Below, in pieces: positions 10,521 through 23,190 of a stretch of 64,000 bases of DNA (positions are counted from its first letter, which is position 1; every line of letters starts with the position of its first letter). Under the pieces are notes generated by a model. The model had not been told where the DNA came from. It searched no databases and saw only the letters and a list, made by a program, of their open reading frames with translations. Source of the stretch: Heptranchias perlo. Lineage: Eukaryota. The stretch spans positions 72,106,001 through 72,170,000 of the forward strand of contig NC_090325.1 in assembly GCF_035084215.1 (NCBI RefSeq), given 5' to 3'. The position numbers and the translations under genes were made by a program.

Positions 10521-11542
10521 TGTTACGTTATGTGAAACAGCTCACCTTGAGTTTTTTTAAAATTTGTACATGGGATGTGGGCGTCGCTGGCAAGGCCAGC
10601 ATTTATTGCTTATCCCTAATTGCCCTTGAGAAGCTGGTGGTGAGCCGCCTTCTTGAACCGCTGCAGTCGCTGCAGTGAAGGTTCTCCCACAGTGCTGTTA
10701 GGTAGGAAGTTCCAGGATTTCGACCCAGCGACAATGAAGGAACGGCGATATATTTCCAAGTCAGGATAGTGTGTGACTTGGAGGGGAACGTGCAGGTGGT
10801 GTTGTTCCCATGTACCTGCTGCTCTTGTCCTTCTAGGTGGTATAGGTCGCGGGTTTGGGAGGTGCTGCAGTGCATCCTGTGGATGGTAAACACTGCAGCC
10901 ACTGTGCGCTGGTGGTGAAGGGAGTGAATGTTTATGGTGGTGGATGGGGTGCCAATCAAGCGGGCTGCCTTGTCCTGGATGGTGTCGAGCTTCTTGAGTG
11001 TTGTTGGAAGTGCACTGATCCAGGCAAGTGGAGAGTATTCCATCACACTCCTGACTTGTGCCTTGTAGATGGTGGAAAGGCTTTGGGGAGTCAGTAGGTG
11101 AGTCACTCGCCGCAGAATACCCAGCCTCTGACCTGCTCTTGTAGCCACAGTATTTATGTGGCTGGTCCAGTTAAGTTTCTGGTCAATGGTGACTCCCGTT
11201 AGCATGGCGTCAGCCTGGCAGGATAATTAATGACTCGGAGATAAGGCCAGAGATTCTTAAGTAAAGAACAAAGCAGCCAAATAGTATAAAGATAGGGCAT
11301 GCTCCCTCCCAAAAGTTAGAGCTCTTGGGACAGTTGGAAGTCCACAGCCAGAAAGGCAGTCTATGAAGTCGAGTCACCTTGAGTCCAGGTTGTATGAACT
11401 GCTTGTCATTTAATGTAATGTTGAAGACAGCTCTCGTGCAATTCTGTTATAAATCAATATTAAAACTTGTTGTTGAATGTCCATTCGGGCCTGAATCATG
11501 TGGAAGTTATTGTTGAAGGACTAGCAACCCTTTGTTGCGACA
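10521..11542 (+). mobile_element. Possible solo LTR interrupted by the LINE fragment
   Basis: TGTTAC...GCGACA ends, TATAAA near 11285, ATTAAA near 11459; no matching TSD seen. Confidence 0.3.
10553..11195 (-). mobile_element. 3' fragment of the tRNA-headed LINE family
   Basis: ORF 10603-11205 near-identical to the C-terminus of 26613-27653; same 3' tail. Confidence 0.9.
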
Positions 11543-11574
11543 GTAACTGGAAAATCTGCTTACAGGAACATTAT

Positions 11575-12120
11575 GGGGTCTAAATTTGATAGCCCAATAA
11601 CAGGCGTAAAATGATCAGCGCGCTGAACTCAGGCGCCCAAAGAGAGAGGCCCGAGGACCGTTCTAAATTCGTCTTCAGGTCTCATTGGAATAAATCTGGC
11701 GAGCTGCAGGCGTCAATCGGTCATCCCGATGCCACTCGCCGATCTGAGCCCTTCAAATTTCGGTTAGCTTAGAAGCTGAACTAGCTCGCAGCTACATCTG
11801 GGGCAGGGAAGGGGGGTAGGAAAAAGGGAGAGGAGAGAATGCAGGCTGGCAGCATTCCTGCTCCTCCTGGCTCCACATTAAGAAAACCTGCCGGTTTCTT
11901 CCGTGGCCTCCAGGGGTCCCTTTAAGGACCGTTGATTATGCTTCTGCCGAGACTGGAAAGCTATTCGGAGCTTGAGCAGCACAAATCTGGCGCGGGCCAT
12001 CACCCTGTTAAATTTGTCATCGTTGCGCCCATTCTACCTCTGTAAAACAAGTGTAACAATGTTTCATTGAGGCCCCTAAGTGTTTGTGCAGTAATATTCA
12101 CACAGTGTAAATTTAAGCCC
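11575..12120. mobile_element. GC-rich MITE
   Basis: GGGGTCTAAATTT / AAATTTAAGCCC ends; shared core at 11845-11876. Confidence 0.5.
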
Positions 12121-12370
12121 TTAGTATAATACTCTGAAATACATCATACACATAACTGTTGTATATTGTGCAATAACACAGGCATCATCTCAGACAATGA
12201 AACCTCTCACTGAATTGAGAAAGTGGCAAAACTATACTCGCTCTGGTCAACCATACACTTGGCTTGTAGAAAGATTGCTGTAAGAATTACAGCTATCAAT
12301 GCCTGTGACAATACTAATTTATTTCACACTAGTTATTAGCCACTTTCCACTTACACCTCCTTACTATTGG

Positions 12371-13326
12371 AAACATAGAAACATAGAAAATAGGAGTAAG
12401 AGTAGGCCATTCGGCCCTGCTCCATCATTCAAAATGATCATGGCTGATCGTCTAACTCAGTACCCTGTTCCCGCTTTTTCCCCATATCCCTTGATCACTT
12501 TAGCATCAAGAAATAGATCTGTCTCCTTCTAATGACTTGGCCTCCATTGCCTTCTGTGGTAGAGAATTCCACAGGTTCACCACCCTCTGAGTGAAGAAAT
12601 TTCTCCTCATCTCGGTTCTAAATGGCATACCCCGTATCCTGAGACTGTGACCCCTGGTTCTGGACTCCCCAGCCATCGGGAACATCCTCACTGCATCTAG
12701 TCTGTCTAGTCCTGTTAGAATTTTATATGTTTTCATGAGATCACCTCTCATTCTTCTAAACTCTAGTGAATATAGGCCTAGTCAACTCAATCTCCCCTCA
12801 TACGTCAGTCCTGCCATCCCAGGAATCAGTCTGGTAAACCTTTGTTGCACTCCCTCCATGGCAAGGACATCCTTCCTCAGATAAGGAGACCAAAACTGCA
12901 CACAATACTCCAGATGTGGTCTCACCAAGGCCCTGTACAACTGCAGTAAGACATCCCTGTTCCTGTACTCAAATCCTCTTGCAATGAACGCCAACATACC
13001 ATTCGCCTTCCTAACTGCTTGCTGCACCTGAATGCTCGCTTTCAGCGACTGGTGTACAAGGACACCCAGGTCTTGTTGCACCTCCCCTTTTCCCAATCTA
13101 TCACAATTCAGATAATAACCTGTCCTTCTGTTTTTACAACCAAAGTGGATAACCTCACATTTATCCACATTATACTGCATCTGCCATGTTCTTGCCCACT
13201 CACCCAACTTGTCTAAATCACATTGGAGCCCCTTTGCATCCTCCTCACAACTCACATTCCACCCCAGCTTTGTGTTGTCTGCAAACTTGGAAATGTTACA
13301 TTCCATTCCCTCATCCAAATCATTGT
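12371..13326 (-). mobile_element. CR1 LINE, 5' truncated
   Basis: KFADNTK, LYRALVRPHLEYCVQFWSP, RGDL, WNSLP motifs; (TTTCTATG)n tail at 12371. Confidence 0.93.
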
Positions 13327-14029
13327 TACTTATTGCAGTTCCCACCCAAATCAATCTAATAACCTGTTTTAAGCAGTGCAATTTGTGCAGTGCATTGGAG
13401 CATCACCAGATATTGCCCAGAGTCATGACCAAATCTTTGCCATACATCTCATAGCAGCCAGTCTCAGAGTGGTACTGGCAGAAACCTAGAGAAGGTTGTC
13501 TTCCCCTTCCCCTTCAACACGAAATGGTACATAGCTGTTAACCAAGAAAGGTTGGGGGTAAATATCTTAGAAAGTGGAGTCTCCAGGTCAATGAGTAAAC
13601 ATCAGGGCGGCATTGTGCCATACAAACCATTAAAGCATCAGGTTCTAGCCCTCAGGTTTAATCCTCAATCTATGCTGAGGTAGTGTTAATGGGGATGCTA
13701 TAATTAGGTTTTTGAAGGAGCTTTTAATCACTGTCTAGACACACCTGCTGGAAATTGTGTGAACGGTGTTTAGACATTAGGCGAGAACTAGTTTGAGCTC
13801 ATCTATAATCTTCCCCTCCAGTTCCTTCACACATGAAGAAAAAACACTTGGGCAAGGTACTGAAGGACAACCACAGCCGTGGAACATTATCACCTTCACG
13901 AGAGGAAGGAAGAAGCAACTATGAATTGCCCCAGGAGTAAGGGTACAGTAGATTGCATTAAATTATACATGTAGGGCCTCACAATATTTTAGGATTTGAG
14001 CACATGAAAGTAGACAGATACTCCAGTGG

Positions 14030-14320
14030 AACACTGTGTTGTGTTATCAGAAATGCTGATCTTTGTATGAAAAGTTAATCCAAGTTTAACCACCTGCTCT
14101 TGTAGTTCAGTTGGCCATTAAAAATCCCATGGCACTATTCGAAGAGAAGTGAGCTGTCCTGACCAACATTGCACCCTTAACCAATACCACCAAAAACACT
14201 TTAACCAGTCATACATCCAGTTTCTTCCATGTTTGCCTACATAACAATAGTCATTTCACTTCAAAGGAAATTATTGTATGTGAACTGCTTTGTGATGTTT
14301 CTGTGATGCAAGTCTTTGTA
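14030..14320 (+). mobile_element. Degenerate Deu-SINE
   Basis: TTAAAAATCCCATGGCACTATTCGAAGA and a tail-like segment. Confidence 0.6.
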
Positions 14321-14640
14321 ATACAGTATTGTCTGTTATTCTACAACACACTACTAAAGGTTTACTATTACAAAACAAAGATCTCATTGAATTGTTACAC
14401 ATCTGATATTCCTGGATAAAAATTTCAAGCAGTCACTTTTATTAATTATTGCTTTGTAATTTTGGCACGTGAAAAACTTGTTGGTCATTTTGTATTGTGC
14501 TCTCCCATGGGAGGAGTTTACTTAACATAAAATGCTACAAAAAATGAAAAAAAAACAAGTAAAAATGTACTTTTAATTGCTTTATGGATCTCAGAGTCGG
14601 CACAAAAAAGTACTGGTAAACTATAGGTTGAAAACAGAGT

Positions 14641-14654
14641 CCAGTAGATGGCAG
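14641..14654 (+). promoter_or_regulatory. CTCF core motif match
   Basis: CCAGTAGATGGCAG fits CCASYAGRKGGCRS in apparently unique AT-rich DNA; motif match only. Confidence 0.45.
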
Positions 14655-15412
14655 TACAGTAGCACAATTGTTGTGCAATAGAACTATTTGAATGTGTAAT
14701 TAATTTGGGGAGTGTGAGTAGATTTTCTATTTGAGTATATAAAGCAATGGAGAATAGAAAATCCTCCATTCTTTGTGCTCAATGTCCACATCAAGTATTC
14801 TCAGGTTAAGCACAACACTCAAAGATCCCTGCAGAATTCACAAATATCTAAAGAGAGGGCCAATTGTCCTTTGCGGTGTGCCTAGGGAATGCTTATTTCT
14901 CAGGTATAAAGCAAAAGAAAAAGTAGATCCATAATACCAGGTCTCCCATTTATAGTGCACTGTCATTTCTGGGGTTTCCAGGGGTAGAGCAAAGTGCTGT
15001 GCCTACCAGAGGTGGCAGCTTGATAATAATATAGAAATGAGATAGGAGTAATGTCATAATGCTTCCCACCTCATTTTCCTGGGTTTCCACTTAGCAAAAG
15101 GCCCAATGGTGGTTCATCCACCATAACGCAGCCTTAGGATTTGCACCCAGCTCTGTTTAGTTCAGAGGATCCCCAAGAAGGGAGAGGCAGCAAGCAGAAG
15201 GAGGTAAATACTTTATGCCCAACATATGCAGCAAAGCGTTTTTGGACAACAACCAGAAGGCCCTCCGGCTGACAGCCACTGCCACTTTTGTAGGCCTCTC
15301 CCCTGGTTCCAGACACAAGGCCCTGCAAAGAGGCGGGCCTACTCAGGTAGTACTGTGTTTGGTTCTGATCGCTACACTTCAAAAGAGGTATAGATGCATT
15401 GGTGAATAGAAA

Positions 15413-15774
15413 TGCCAGCCTTGGCTCATTGGTAGCACCCTCACCTTTGAGTCTGAAGGCTCTGGTTTCAAGCCCCACTCCAGGACTTGAGTATATAATC
15501 TAGACTGACATACCAGGAGTGCTGCACTGTCAGAGGTGCTGTCTTTTGGATGCGATTTTAAGCAGAGGCTCTTGTCTGTTGAGATATACACAAAAGATCC
15601 TGTGGCAATATTTAAAGAAAAGCAGAGGAGTTTTAGTGATGCCCTGGCCATCATTTATCCCTTCACCAGTACCATGAAAAACAGACTAACTGGACATTTA
15701 TCTCTTTGCTATTTGTGGGACCATGCTATGTGCAAATTGGCTGCTGTGTTTGCCTACAAGACAACAGAGACTAT
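15413..15774 (+). mobile_element. tRNA-headed Deu-SINE, 5' part (tail continues at 19076-19168)
   Basis: A box TGGCTCATTGG, B box GGTTTCAAGCC, Deu body; rejoins its tail across the Harbinger insertion. Confidence 0.85.
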
Positions 15775-16022
15775 GGGTCCGATATTAGGAGGGCAGCGGG
15801 TGGTCGACTGGGCGTGTGGGTAACGCGCCCAATGAAATCAGTGTGCTCCGCACGGAATCGCAGGCTAATTGGAACCACTTACCTGTGCTTCCGGGTTTCA
15901 CGCTGGAAAGCTGCGCAGTGGGCGGACTGCGCATATGCAGCAAAGTCTGTCAGCTGGAGGAGCCCTATTTAAAGGGGCTGTCCACCAATGCTCCTCCTGC
16001 AGCAAACAACCAATTCTGAACC

Positions 16023-17866
16023 ATGGAGCAGCCCAGAGGGAAGGTTGCCCCAAGATTTTCGGACTCCTCACACCAGGTGCTGCTGGATGGGGTGAGGAGG
16101 AGGAGGGAAATTCTTTTCCTATCCGATGGGAGGAAGTGCCCTCCCTCCACCTCCTCGGCCACCATGGAGGTGGCCGAGGAGGTCACCAGCAGCGGCAATG
16201 TGCCACGAACCTGGGTCCAGTGCAGGAAGAGATTTAATGACCTAACCAGGTCAGCCAAAATGAGTATACTTACACATTCTCCCACACTCCGTCTTCCACA
16301 TCACCTCCACCACCACACATCCCCTTCTGCACTGCCACCACAACACTCTCACATCACTCCTCACATCCACTCAACTATCATCCTCACCTTGCCTGCACGT
16401 ACTCACCGCCTCTGTCCCCATTCGAACACTACCACGCAGCCCAATCCTCATACAATCTCATGGCTATGTTGCACACGCACCCTCCCATGTATCTCCCTCA
16501 CGCTCAACTCCACCCACACCAATGCATGCAGCGGCTCACCATGCAACCATCACTCATTCACGCCTCTGTGTTTTGCCTTGATAGGAGAAGAGATGCCAGA
16601 ACGCCCGGGAGAGGGCACGGACCAGAGGGGGCCCGCCACACCAGGTGGTCCTAACGGACGTGGAGCATCAGGCGTTGGACATCAGCCGCACGCTGGAGTG
16701 CCTGTCCGTGACGGATGCCGAGGCTGGGATTGCACAAACGGCCAGTGACAGAAAGCTAACATTCAGCACTCATGATAGCGAATGATCTTAGCATCACTTG
16801 GCATCTGCAGCACCTCAACATCTGTCCACATGCCTAACATTGCTTTCTGTTCTCTTGCAGGCCCATCTGCGAGTGTCGTGACCATGGAGGGCGATTCCTC
16901 AGAGGACCTGCCGGCCTCTGAGGATCCATTGTCACATCTGAGACAGCCATCCACCAGCGCAGATACACACACCTAGATGGGTCCCCGTCCTCACTTAGTT
17001 GGGCTTGCACATGGTGAGTCACCACGCACATGTGAGCACGAGCAGACCCTGGTGGCAGGGGCAGCCGTGGAGAGTCCGCGTCGGTGGGAGCACTCTTCTC
17101 CAGGCTCTGGTCAGCTGGACCCAGATGCTGAACCCTGGGGGCCAGCTGTGAAAAGGAGAGTCGTCAAGGGGCAGCAGCACATTGCCGAGGTACTGGAACA
17201 GTTGCCACGTGCACTCTCCACAATCGCGCAGAGGATGGAGGAGTCCAACTCCTGCATGAGGGGAATGGTGGCACAGGTACAGGAGGGTATCTAGGCATCT
17301 CTGAGATAGTGTCGCGGGTAGGTGCGGGAATGTCTGCAATGGAGGAAAGGCTAGCCTCCATCGAGCGTCAAGCACGGTTCAACAATGAGTCCATTCAGAC
17401 CCTGACAACGGCCGTTCGGATTCAGGGTGAGCAACATTCTGCCGCCTTAAACAGGCTGACAGATACTTTACAAGTGGCCTTCCAAGGCCTCACACAAGTC
17501 CTCCAAACTGTTGTCCAGCAGGGTGGAAGGAGTGATGTGGGCCTGGGCCACGAGAGGGATGATGGTGAAAGGGGACATGGAAGTGGGGACGCCACTCAAA
17601 GCGCTCCCACGTCTCACCCGTTGCCCCCCTCTCAACCAGTACCCGCAATGCTGCCCCCTCTCCAGGTGGCCGAGTCTGCCCCTGCACAGGTGCAAGTGGA
17701 GCAGTCTTTGGAGGGGCCCTCACGGGCACCGAAACCCAGAGGGCGTCGGCCGAAAGCATCTAATCGGTCAGGGCATGGACAAGAGCAACCTGCCACTACC
17801 TCTGCTGAAGCCACAGAGGTAGCACCATGTAGGGGTTCCCGGAAACGCAAGGCGAAGGTTTTGTGA
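16023..17866 (+). pseudogene. Harbinger Myb/SANT-like DNA-binding protein, 3 exons (16023-16259, 16585-16744, 16861-17866)
   Basis: APRFSD...RREILF...RTWVQCRKRFNDL trihelix; exon 2 RERARTRGGP; basic C-terminus RKRKAK; AATAAA at 17942; first donor degraded to AT; stops in exon 3. Confidence 0.85.
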
Positions 17867-18084
17867 GCAGAAAGGGGATGAACAAAGGTGTCTGACGATT
17901 TGTCATGTTTTTCATTTATATTTCTTTTCTGCCACATGCACAATAAATATTATTATTATCACCACTACAGCCACGTCTTGCCCATTCTTGACTGGCTTGT
18001 GGAATAGGTCCCTTTCATGGGTTTCACCATGAACACGTACACTTGATGCCACCCATTGTGTCACTACAGAGTGGGTGTAGGTGT

Positions 18085-18535
18085 ATTTGCAGGGCTCTTT
18101 TGTGCAGACGACTGAGAGACGTCGACGATGTCCCCGGTGGCACCCTGGAAGGATGCAGAGGAGAAGTTGTTGAGGGCAGTGGTGACTTTGACAGCAACAG
18201 TTAAGAAGATGGTGCTCAGGCCAGCCGGGAGCAGCTCAGCATCAAGGAGGCTGCAGATGTCCACAACTACATGTCGAGTGACTCTGAGCCTCCGTGTGCA
18301 ATGCTGCTCAGAGAGGTCCAGGAAGCTGAGCCTCGGTGTGTAGACCCTATGGCGAGGGTAGTGCCCTCTGCGACACATCTCTCTGCGGTTGCCCTCCCTC
18401 CTGCTGTGCAGGTGGATGTGTCACAGCACTGTGTTGTGGAGCTCCATGTGTCAGAGGTGGACGGCGTGGCCAGCGAGGCTGGTGATGCTGTTCGCCCTCC
18501 GAGGAGGTCATGACTGCAGCTATGGCGGCCCCCAT
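18085..18535 (-). pseudogene. Harbinger (HARBI1-like) nuclease, N-terminal part only
   Basis: YTPRLSFLDLSE...VAVKVTTALN...SFQGATGD...SQSSA; catalytic DDE region deleted. Confidence 0.85.
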
Positions 18536-19572
18536 CCGGAAGATGTATATCTGAAGGGGTCCGCAAGGTAGGAACGTGTCTGGACACTGGGGTAAGTGTG
18601 CAAGTTTGTGAATTTTATTGTTAGGAGGAGGGTGGTAGAGGCCAAACTTTGTCCAAAGTGACAGAGTGGCCTCCTGCAATGAGTGAGGGTCTCCCCCCCC
18701 CAAACCTGTCAAATGGACCTTTGCAGCTGCCACAGGCTGATGGCTGCAACACGTCCATTTGAACTGGAAGTGTTTCCCCCAGTACGGGAAACAGTCTCAG
18801 TTCATTTCAAAATCCCACCCCTCCTAAAATATCAGGTCAATCAGGTCTGTAAACGACCTGAAGTACCTGTTTAAGTACTTTAAGTGGCATCCCGCCAGTT
18901 TTAATTGCCGGTGGGAGTCCCACATACGGGGGCTGCGCGCATGTCAGCGTGTCACTGGGGAACCCGGAAGTGAGCGGGTTGGAGCCGGGCTCCGGACCCG
19001 CCCCGGGAATCCCCAATTTTCGCAGCCCCCCCGCCACGAATGCACCCGCCCGGGGGTGCGAAAATCGAGCCCTATATTTCAAAAGTAATCCATTAGTTGC
19101 AAAGTGATTTGGGACATCCTAAGGATATGAGATGTGCTATATACATGCAAACTATTTCTCTTTTCTTTCAAAGAACAACAGTAAAACAGATTAAGTATGA
19201 GGAAAGATTGAAGAAGCTTAAGGTCTAGAGAGTAAAAGACAAGTTCAGAGCTCATGTCAGGAAGCATTTATCCAAACAAAGAGTGATTAACACATGGAAT
19301 GGTCTTCAGAGTAGTGAAGTCAGAAACTCTGGACTCATTTAAGAGGCAGTTAGATGCTGTGAAAGGTAAGTTAGAATGGACCAAATGGCTTTCCCAATCT
19401 GTGTTTATCTTTGTGAAATTTAAAATAGATAATAGTAAAAGTTTCTTTCCTCAAAGGATGATAAACATTTGAATAGTTTAAGGCAGTAGAGTCAAAGACA
19501 TTAGTGGTATTCAGATAGATGCTCAGCTGATGCAAGACCACTTCACACCAACACAAAATGTATCCTGTGCTA

Positions 19573-19693
19573 CATCTGGCCTGTTAATTATGATGGCACT
19601 CACCCAGGACCCATCTGGCCTGTTAATTATGATGGCACTCACCCAGGACCCATCTGGCCTGTTAATTATGATGGCACTCACCCAGGACCCATC
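19573..19693. repeat. 39-bp perfect tandem triplication
   Basis: CATCTGGCCTGTTAATTATGATGGCACTCACCCAGGACC at 19573, 19612, 19651. Confidence 0.95.
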
Positions 19694-19773
19694 AGGGGCC
19701 TTTTTATAAAATCCAAAATCACTTAACAAGCATAGAGATACTTGGAACACACACACTCAACCATGAGCACTCA

Positions 19774-19787
19774 GTTTCCATAGTAAC
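19774..19787. promoter_or_regulatory. RFX X-box motif match
   Basis: GTTTCCATAGTAAC; motif match only. Confidence 0.4.
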
Positions 19788-19969
19788 CCATCGTACAAGC
19801 TTCCTGTGTAAGACTGCAGCACTTAGAAAATATTTTTGAAATCATTGAACTCTTTGATCTGTTCTCCTTCCTTTTTTATAAAATGTATTAAAATGCTGTT
19901 GTCCTTTGCCTTCCTGGCGTATGACAGTTCTGGGATGTATCGCAAGCATTTAATTAAGCTAAAGCACAA

Positions 19970-20370
19970 TAAAGAAAGATTTGCATTTATATAGTGCGTT
20001 TCACGACCTCGAGATGTCCCAAAGTGCTTCATAGCCAATCAAGTACTTTTTTTGCAGTGTGGTCACTGTTGTAATGTAGGAAATGCGGCAGCCAGTTTGC
20101 GCACAGCAAGCTCCCACAAACAGCAATGTGATAATGACCAGATAGTCTGTTTTAGTGATGTTGGTTGAGGGATAAATATTGACCAGGACACCAGGGAGAA
20201 TTCTCCTGCTCTTCTTCAAAGTAGTACCATGGGACCTTTTACATCCACATGAGAGGGCAGATGGGGCCTCGGTTATAATGTCCCATCCGAAAGACGGCAC
20301 CTCTGATAGTGCAGCATTCCCTCAGCCTGGATTTTGTGCTGAAGTCTCTGGAGTGGGACTTGATCCCACA
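19970..20370 (-). mobile_element. Deu-SINE
   Basis: Reverse complement of the 9180 and 15413 SINE, including tail and B-box region. Confidence 0.85.
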
Positions 20371-20609
20371 ATATTGTACCCTTGTGCAGCTTAAGAGCAA
20401 GGTGACATTTGGACTATTATGTGCACTTTTGGTCATTCTGCACTGAGTAATGTTTTCCAAATTCCATCTATACTACCTCTACCTGTGAAAAAGTAAGTTC
20501 AACATCAATTTTAAAAATTGCACAGATAAAATAGAGTAGGTTCATAGCCTTAAACTTGTTCTTACCATGTGAAAAATATGCTGAATCCATTCCTAATATA
20601 AGTTACTTA

Positions 20610-21880
20610 GGATCGTAGGAATTGCTAGACAAAAAAAGACCAAGATCAATCTACTTCTCCTTCTACCATCCTGGTACTTTCATGGTACAATGATAATGGA
20701 GTTGTTGACTAATCAATTAATCTACAATGAACCCAAACATAATGCAAGGAAAACATCAGTGATGGAGAGCTTTGGGAACCATAGGTCCAAAGCCACCTCT
20801 TCCTCCCAAGCATGCTACACTTACCAACATGTAATGTCTCAAATTGCACATATACTGTATCCCAAAATGTAATTTTCTGAAAGAAATCTATCTAATTTGG
20901 ATTTGAATGAATCAATACTAACTGCTTCCACAGTCTCCCTAGGGAGTCTGTTCCATAGATTGACCACTTGCTTACTGAAATAATTGCCCCGATATTAACA
21001 TGGAGGTGGGGAAGGCGCGGGGGAGCTCAGTAGCATGGGGAAAACACGGCAAGGCCGGGGGCATGGAAGCCCCGCCGATCTTAATGGCAGGGTCCCATTT
21101 AATTAATCTTCTGCAGGCTCCTGCAAGACTGCCGGCCAAATTAACAGTCTGGCCGGCGGGCGGGAGCACAAGCAAGCAGCAGGAGGCCGCAGCCAGGGAC
21201 CTGTGGGGACGATCCCCGGCAGTCAGTACAGGATGAAGGCTCCGGGCCGCATTCGGGGCTGGTGGGGGGGTGGTGGGGGTTACGAGGACATAGGGGCCGC
21301 CAACGGGAGGGGAGAGGAGTGAACAATGGGACCGTGATCAGGCTGAGGGAGGCCGAAGGCTTACTTGTGAGGCTTGGAGGGAGCCTTCCTGATCCTCCTG
21401 GCCCACAAGGAGTGCTAAAATGAGCTGGTCTTCAGCATTTACCGTGACCAGTCAGCACCTCCCGTCTTGGATCTGCTGCTGAGAATCCCACAGTGCGGGC
21501 CTCCCCCTCGATCACTCTTAAATTTAAGTCGTTGCGCCGTGATGTCACCAGGCCTCCACTTTTGAATGTTAATTAGGCCCCCGCTTGCCTTTTGTGGGAA
21601 CCTCGTCGATGGCCTGATTCCTGTCCATTAAGTTTTAAACGGGCGGGAACAGGGTCGGGTTGGGGTCGGGTTGCTTGATCCTGATATTTTAATCACCCCC
21701 AACCGACCCTCTCCTGCCCATCGGGGTGGGGGAGGGGCGTAAAATCGAAGACATTGTTTCCGCTGATTTACTTTAAAATTATTCCCCTTCAAGTGCAGGC
21801 CGTGTCCTCTGGTTCTACTATTTTGGACAAGGTGAAATAGATTGTCATGGTCTATATTATCCAGTAGTAACAATTTTAAC
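20610..21880 (-). mobile_element. Old CR1 3' fragment interrupted by a MITE at about 20985-21750
   Basis: NLFHLVQNSRTRGHGLHL (CR1 C-terminus) at 21760-21880 resumes near 20980; GC-rich insert with core palindrome at 21364-21409. Confidence 0.6.
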
Positions 21881-23190
21881 ACAGAAGGAGACCAGTCGTA
21901 GTTTATTCTCCATAATCTTTAATAATTTCTTCTTCAAGTGTTTACCTAATTGCCTCTGATATACCATAATTTACTCATCGTCAATAGCCATTTGATGTAA
22001 TGCAGCTCATATTCTAAAAAGCTTTTGCAAGGAAAAAGCTCTTCTAACCTTCCCCTTTTGGTACTAATGCCTTTGGTACTAATCCTAAACTTATGCCCCC
22101 TTATTTTTTTTAATTTATACTCAGGATGTGGATGATGTTGAACTTATATGCAACAGGTTCGTTTACATGTTCATTTATTGCCTATTCCTAGTTGCCCTGA
22201 AAGTGGCTTGCTAGGCTATTTCAGAGGGCATTAAACATCAGCCATGTGCTGGAAATTAAAGTCATGTATGGGCGAGACCAGATAGGAGTGGCAGGTTCCC
22301 CTCCCTGAGGGGCAGTAGTTGGGTTTTTATGACAATCAGTGGTGATCATGGTCATTTTTTCTGGTGCTAGCGCACAAAATACCAGAACCAGGAAATTACT
22401 TGGAGCTCTTCTCATTTTGCCGGCATTACTTCGCCAGAAGTTTTGCCTGTGTAAACGGGTTCCCACCACTGTTCCCTCTAAGCTACACACGTGCACAACC
22501 ACGCAGCGGTCTGTTGTGTGCTGTGCACTTAATCGTTCCATCGACGCACGTAGTAAAAAGTTCAGCTGAATAAATACATTATTATATTAATTGTAGTGTG
22601 TTCTGTTGTTTAATATTCAAATGCTTGGTTTGGTTGTTTTAAAAAATAATGCAGCCTGATAAATTAAATCAAATAAAACTCCAGGTAAAAAGCAATCAGT
22701 TCAATTTGTTGTTTTAATTTGTTAGGTGTATGAGACCATGATACGGAATCTAGGCATGCACATTTATGGGTAGTCTGCATTGCACCGGTTAGACCAATCA
22801 GAGTAAGTAATTGTTAAGGCAAGGGGAATCATCATCATCATTTATGATTGGCAGTTAACTGAACAGCCTGTCAGACAAGAACGTGTCACATGCAAGTCAA
22901 AGTCACTTGGGGCCTGTAGACGTTCTAGCTGATAACGGCTCAGACGAGCCCGTGAGTCACTGCAACACCTCACTGTCAGACCCATGTTTAAGTGGAAAGC
23001 AATAGCATCAGCCAACAGTGAAGCCAGCGCTAAGAACAGTGGCTGGATGAAATTGTAGAGGTGGAATCTCATGAATCAAGAAGCAAGATCCGTGTACAAC
23101 TGAGGGAGATATTCCAATATAGTGCAGATGTGGGCTTGATCTGCAAAACATGTGCTGGAGCAAAAATATCAGGTGATTTCTCCACTGGCA

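Larger units (their letters stand above)
15775..19072. mobile_element. PIF/Harbinger DNA transposon copy 1 (internally deleted)
   Basis: TIRs GGGTCCGATATT / AAAATCGAGCCC, TSD TAT on both sides, empty site restores the SINE; convergent Myb and nuclease genes. Confidence 0.92.

Noticed and set aside
15003-15019. Second CTCF-like site ACCAGAGGTGGCAG
   Set aside because: 5' half does not fit the consensus spacing
16023-16748. 241-aa His/Thr/Pro-rich ORF as a single-exon protein
   Set aside because: Reads through intron 1 because the donor is mutated; copy 2 shows the true splice
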